This document shows, in pieces, positions 58,062-64,000 of a stretch of 64,000 bases of DNA. The position numbers and the translations under genes were made by a program. Source of the DNA: Eledone cirrhosa (Eukaryota); the NCBI GenBank assembly GCA_964016885.1, contig OZ024756.1, forward strand, positions 7,316,001 through 7,380,000, in the 5' to 3' direction. The first letter of the stretch is position 1. Each line of letters opens with the position of its first letter. The notes under the pieces are model-generated. The model did not search any database. It had not been told where the DNA came from and worked only from the letters and a program-made list of their open reading frames with translations.

Positions 58062-58620
58062 CTGTGAGCGTGCGTGCGTGTGCAGTTTTGTGTTCATTTC
58101 TTAGAAAGCAACATTTTATTGGTTTATTTGCCGATGTTTACATATTTTACCATATACATCCGCGAAACACACACACACAAAACATATATACATACACTCA
58201 CATCAACACCGATACATTTATACATAAAAGACACACTTACGTTAGGTTTCTGCAATATTAGATTACCAAACTCCACAAAGTATTGATGAATCCTCCGAAG
58301 ATATGATAGAAAACATTCGTGTAGATGGAAGCTGATGTACCGCGGGTTCGAAACCGGAATAATATGCTTAAGAATCTTACACGTCAGCTACACGACCATG
58401 ACTCGAACTTAGCTATAGTTATATATTTTTAATGGCTTTTCAAGCGTTGCAATTTATTTTGTCACTTAATAGAAAGTTTGAAGATAAATTCGATTTTAAT
58501 GGAGAGTTTTTTAATTAGTCTTGCTAAGTTTAGCCTGACTATATATAGCAAAGGGAACTTATTTTCTCACACAACGTTGGACATGATATTATTATAGATA
58601 TTATTATAGATATTTAGAGC

Positions 58621-58830
58621 AGTGGATTGGCAGTATCGGTAGGGGTGGATTGGCAGTAACGGTATAGGGTCGGACGCCGTGCTTTCCAGCATAGTTACGT
58701 CCCTTTACGATCTGCGTTCAAATCCCGCCGAGGTTGACTTTGCCTTTCATCCTTACGGGGTCGATAAAATAAAGTACCAGTAATGAAATGGGTAATTGCT
58801 GGCCTTGTGCCTAACGTAGAAACAATTATT
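58621..58830 (+). mobile_element. tRNA-derived SINE (main family) with duplicated 5' head
   Basis: GTGGATTGGCAGTA occurs twice at the start. Confidence 0.85.
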
Positions 58831-59447
58831 AGAGATATTTTTAAAGTTGCTAGCATTAAATATTTTAATGAGACAAGGATGTTGATTCGTTTCTCTCTCT
58901 CTCTCTCTCTTAGACACACACACTCACACACACACACTCTCTCTCAGATACACACACACACACACACACACTCTCTCTCTGACACACACACACGCTCACA
59001 CCGACACTCAATCTCTCACACACACACTCTCACACCCACACTCTCACACGCACTCTCTCAGACACACACTCTCTCAGACACACTCACACCCACTCATACA
59101 CTCTCACACCCACACTCTCTCTCACACACACACACTCTCTCAGACACATACACACTCACACACTCTCACACCCACACACACACTCTCAGACACACTCACA
59201 CTCTCACACCCACACTCTCAGACACACACTCTCTCTCAGACACACACACACACTCTCTCACACACACACACACTCTCTCTCAGACACACACTCTCCCTCT
59301 CACACACACACACACACACACTCTCCCTCTCTGCTATATACGTATTTACAAAATGACAATGCTCAATGTCAATGAAGACGTCTCAAGTATGCCATACAGG
59401 TAACACAGGTAACTGATTAGGAAATTAAATGTATCCTGTTATCTGCC

Positions 59448-60260
59448 CGGTCCTGGCTTGTAGCTAGAGTGCTTGACTGACAATCCTGACGTCGTGTGTT
59501 CGATTCCATGGCCTGACGATGTATTGAGTCCTTGAGAAAGACACTTCATTTTCATTACTATAGTTCACTCAACTGAAAAGAAATGAGTTACAGAACTACG
59601 ACGTATTGAGTCCTTGAGAAAGACACTTCATTTTCATTACTATAGTTCACTCAACTGAAAAGAAATGAGTTACAGAACTACGACGTATTGAGTCCTTGAG
59701 AAAGACACTTCATTTTCATTACTCCAGTCCACTCAACTGAAAAGAAATGAGTTACAGAACTATGACGTATTGAGTCCTTGAGAAAGACACTTCATTTTCA
59801 TTACTCCAGTCCACTCAACTGAAAAGAAATGAGTTACAGAACTACGACGTATTGAGTCCTTGAGAAAGACACTTCATTTTCATTACTCCAGTTCACTCAA
59901 CTGAAAAGAAATGAGTTACAGAACTACGACGTATTGAGTCCTTGAGAAAGACACTTCATTTTCATTACTCCAGTTCACTCAACTGAAAAGAAATGAGTTA
60001 CAGAACTACGACGTATTGAGTCCTTGAGAAAGACACTTCATTTTCATTACTCCAGTTCACTCAACTGAAAAGAAATGAGTTACAGAACTACGACGTATTG
60101 AGTCCTTGAGAAAGACACTTCATTTTCATTACTCCAGTTCACTCAACTGAAAAGAAATGAGTTACAGAACTACCTATGAGGTAATTCTGCGATGGTCTGA
60201 CATATCGTCCTGGTGAGATTCTTGCACACTCAGCTATTTAACGTCAAGGAAACCAAGGAT
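59448..60260 (+). mobile_element. CORE-like tRNA SINE with internal 82-bp tandem amplification
   Basis: tRNA-like head with GTTCGATTCC, then the array, then unique tail. Confidence 0.75.
59521..60172. repeat. 82-bp tandem array, ~8 copies
   Basis: GTATTGAGTCCTTGAGAAAGACAC recurs at 59521, 59603, 59685 and onward. Confidence 0.97.
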
Positions 60261-60296
60261 TCTCTGGCCAAGCCAGAAAAGCCTCCACACACGTCA

Positions 60297-60482
60297 TTGT
60301 TTCTACTTTTGGTACAAGGCCAGAAATTACCCAGTGCATTACTGGTACTTTATTTTCTCGACCCCGTAAGGATGAAAGGTAAGGTTAACCTCGGCTGGAT
60401 TGGAATTCATACCATAAAGGGCCGTAACTCTTTGCTTCAAAGCATGGTGTCCGACCCTCAAGCGATATGCCAATCCACCGCC
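60297..60482 (-). mobile_element. tRNA-derived SINE (main family)
   Basis: Full match. Confidence 0.85.
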
Positions 60483-60999
60483 CGAAACATAATATTCCAT
60501 TGACATGTTTGATTGTGTAAATACACTCCACACATTCGTTAATCAACGCACTGTAGCTGTTTATAGAAAACAGGAGAAACATACAACAGCTCCTGCTCCC
60601 ACCCTACCACGTACCCGCCGTAACCAAGAGTCATTGATGATCTCGTAACTTCTGAGGGAGTCGTAAAGACGCCATATTGATATACAGTGTTTATAGAGCA
60701 TTTCCAAACATGGCGGAGCCCATCCCGCCCCAGGTCTGAATACAGCAGATTTCTCCTACAGAAGAACAGAGACTGAGAGAATGAAATTGAGAAAGAGATT
60801 TAGAAGAAGAATCGCCCCCAGAACAAGGCTGGTACTTTTTTTATTGACCTTGAATTGATGAAAGGCAAACTTGGCTTTAACAGGATTCGAACTCGGAGAG
60901 CAGAGAACCGAAATCTGACGTTCTCAGGAATCTACCTTTCGTTGCCTTGTAAGCTAGGTAACTCAGTACAGATCACAAGTGTCTACACACCCACACACA

Positions 61000-61032
<33 letters not shown>

Positions 61033-61034
<2 letters not shown>

Positions 61035-61240
61035 CGAAGGAAATGTGGTAAGGAACCAGGTGGACCATAACGCACCAAAGTACTCAATACTTAGGGTAGT
61101 AGAGTGGGTAATAGGAACGAGTAGGACCCCGACGGCTGAGCTCAAGCCGTTTCGACGGCTAATTCTGGACTTGCATTTTAGTCCAGAATTAGCCGTCGAA
61201 ACGGCTTGAGCTCAGCCGTCGGGGTCCTACTCGTTCCTAT
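61033..61240 (-). mobile_element. Fold-back element in (TA)n (family shared with 43128-43365)
   Basis: Arms 61111-61171/61180-61240 appear perfectly complementary. Confidence 0.82.
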
Positions 61241-61556
61241 ATATATATATATATATATATAAAATCTCCTGCCTTTTCCCCAAAAGGGAAAACACATTCA
61301 GCCACGGACAGCCATTTGCCTTCTTGCAGGGAAAGATATACACAAAATACGGTTATCTTCCTTGAGAAATCATGTTTGTTAATGAATGTTTGCTCCACAA
61401 TCTGTACAAATATACATTTCCACAATTGACAATGCACAAAATGCTGAAACTGGTATTGTAAATAAATAAATTAATTAATGTTTTGACACTTCACTGAAAG
61501 AAGAACAATTTGCTTTCAACATTTTCTACGGGGAAAAACATCGTTTCTTTTTCCAA

Positions 61557-61637
<81 letters not shown>

Positions 61638-61645
<8 letters not shown>

Positions 61646-61835
61646 GTCGTAAAATAAGAAAATTTTAAAAATTAAAAATTAACTGACTAAAATTTACTTA
61701 CTAAAGTTAACTTAATTGCTAAAATTTAGTAAGTAAGTTAATTTTTAATTTTTAAAATTTTCTTATTTTACGTCTTTCATATAATTGTTCTGCATCCCCC
61801 TGCATAGAACCACAAAGGTACTAAGACATAACATA
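61638..61835 (+). mobile_element. AT-rich fold-back element in (TA)n
   Basis: Arms ~61638-61684/61737-61781 plus tail. Confidence 0.55.
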
Positions 61836-61880
61836 TATATTTGCTACCATGGGTATACATATGTTGGTAGATATACGAAT

Positions 61881-61911
<31 letters not shown>

Positions 61912-61998
61912 GTAAAAGGTAAACAGAAATAACAACACAATGGGTACAGTATATGGAAGGTATATATTAGGTTAACGCTTGATATAGCAGAAAGAGGG

Positions 61999-62034
61999 TC
62001 TTAACGTTTCAGACGCTAGTCCTTCATCAGAAGA
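61999..62034 (-). ncRNA. Minimal type I hammerhead ribozyme
   Basis: tctt-CTGATGA-a-ggac/tagc/gtct-GAAAC-GTT-aaga; palindromic AACGTT. Confidence 0.78.
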
Positions 62035-62362
62035 AAGAATGAGAAATAAAATAGATTGAGGGGACGGGCGGGATGAAATTGGAAAACATGTCTTTAGATA
62101 AAAATAACAGCTCCATTCATGTTGACATCTCTTGTATATATATTATATACAAACGTTTGAAATATGCCTTGCAGTATTTAGTTACGGACATTTACGATCT
62201 GAGTTCGAATTCTCCTGTGGTCAAGTGTGGCCTTTTATCCTTCTGGGATCAATAAAATAATCTACCTTTCACATACTGGGTCGAAGTAACCGACTCCCCC
62301 ACCCCACAGGAATTGCTGGCCTTGTGCTTAAATTAGACATGATAATGACCATTTGCATTGTG

Positions 62363-62407
<45 letters not shown>

Positions 62408-62824
62408 GATGAAGTATGTGTGTCTGTGTAGTTATATATATAGCTGTGTGAACGTGTGTGTGTGTGTGATAATTAAGTGTGATAACTCGCAGAAGAGACA
62501 GTCAATTGAGTACCTGGTAATAAACAGTAAGGTAGATGACTTTAATTAAGTTACTATCGTTGCCATGTGAACATGACAGCTCTATTACTAATGTAGCTGT
62601 CGTCTCCAATAACACAGAAACCTGTCTATAGCTGTCACCGTGACTGCTGACAAACATCAGTTTTCCCTGAGCATGAAAATTCAATATTTTATGAATTTCA
62701 TTCTTATTCTCTTCAGTTTATTCCTTCATTTCTTCGGGGGTCCCTCACGATTCCCTTTACTTTTTTTTTTTTTTTTTTTTTTACATTTCAAATTACAATT
62801 CATTTAGAAATTTTTTTCTGAACG

Positions 62825-64000
62825 TCACTCTGTACATAAGATTACCTCCACCCTGGAGACCCTCACTCTGTACATAAGATTACCTCCACCCTGGAGACAC
62901 TCACTCTGTACATAAGATTACCTCCACCCTGGAGACTCTCACTCAGTACATAAGATTACCTTCACCCAGGAGACTCTTACTCTGTACATAAGATTACCTC
63001 CAGCCCGGAGACTCTCACTCTGTACATAAGATTACCTTCACCCAGGAGACTCTTACTCTGTACATAAGATTACCTCCACCCTGGAGACTCTCACTCTGTA
63101 CATAAGATTACCTCCAGCCCGGAGACTGTCACTCAGTACATAAGATTACCTCCACCCCGGAGACTGTCACTCAGTACATAAGATTACCTCCACCCCGGAG
63201 ACTCTCACTCAGTACATAAGATTACCTCCAGCCCGGAGACTCTCACTCTGTACATAAGATTACCTCCACCCCGGAGACTCTCACTCTGTACATAAGATTA
63301 CCTCCACCCCGGAGACTCTCACTCTGTACATAAGATTACCTCCACCCCGGAGACTCTCACTCAGTACATAAGATTACCTCCAGCCCGGAGACTCTCACTC
63401 TGTACATAAGATTACCTCCACCCCGGAGACTCTCACTCTGTACATAAGATTACCTCCACCCCGGAGACTCTCACTCAGTACATAAGATTACCTCCAGCCC
63501 GGAGACTCTCACTCTGTACATAAGATTACCTCCACCCCGGAGACTCTCACTCTGTACATAAGATTACCTCCACCCTGGAGACTCTTACTCTGTACATAAG
63601 ATTACCTCCACCCCGGAGACTCTCACTCTGTACATAAGATTACCTCCACCCCGGAGACTCTCACTCAGTACATAAGATTACCTTCAGCCCGGAGACTCTC
63701 ACTCAGTACATAAGATTACCTCCACCCTGGAGACTCTCACTCAGTACATAAGATTACCTCCACCCTGGAGACTCTTACTCTGTACATAAGATTACCTCCA
63801 CCCTGGAGACTCTCACTCAGTACATAAGATTACCTCCACCCTGGAGACTCTTACTCTGTACATAAGATTACCTCCACCCTGGAGACTCTTACTCTGTACA
63901 TAAGATTACCTCCACCCTGGAGACTCTCACTCAGTACATAAGATTACCTCCACCCTGGAGACTCTTACTCTGTACATAAGATTACCTCCACCCTGGAGAC
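62825..64000. repeat. 38-bp tandem array, ~31 copies, runs off the window end
   Basis: Unit TCACTCTGTACATAAGATTACCTCCACCCTGGAGACTC. Confidence 0.97.

Noticed and set aside
52005-59510. tRNA genes
   Set aside because: A/B boxes belong to SINE heads; no complete cloverleaf
38107-64000. 77-, 82- and 38-bp arrays as CRISPR-like arrays
   Set aside because: Head-to-tail units without unique spacers, no cas genes, eukaryotic context

Overview
AT-rich eukaryotic, repeat-dominated DNA with a 200-N assembly gap at 19078-19277. The tRNA-derived SINE families and huge (TA)n/(CA)n tracts suggest a cephalopod such as Octopus (inference). No host gene can be called with confidence, and most ORF-track entries are microsatellite translations. 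Real coding content is all transposon-derived: two tandem L1/Tx1-type ORF1 copies (1-4 kb), Penelope-like elements (PLEs; RT + GIY-YIG) at 4.6-7.0, 11.3-12.1 and 27.7-32.7 kb (the last a giant foldback), a remnant of a different GIY-YIG PLE at 8.7-9.6 kb, and RLE-type (CRE-like) LINE fragments at 38-40 and 52.7-53.4 kb. The main unannotated signal is a dense set of hammerhead-ribozyme (HHR) motifs, about 12 complete or decayed cores read by eye. They occur in the PLE termini and in many tiny non-coding, often fold-back, elements inserted into (TA)n. Two satellites also visibly arose inside TEs (77 bp in a LINE, 82 bp in a SINE). Repeat boundaries are approximate.
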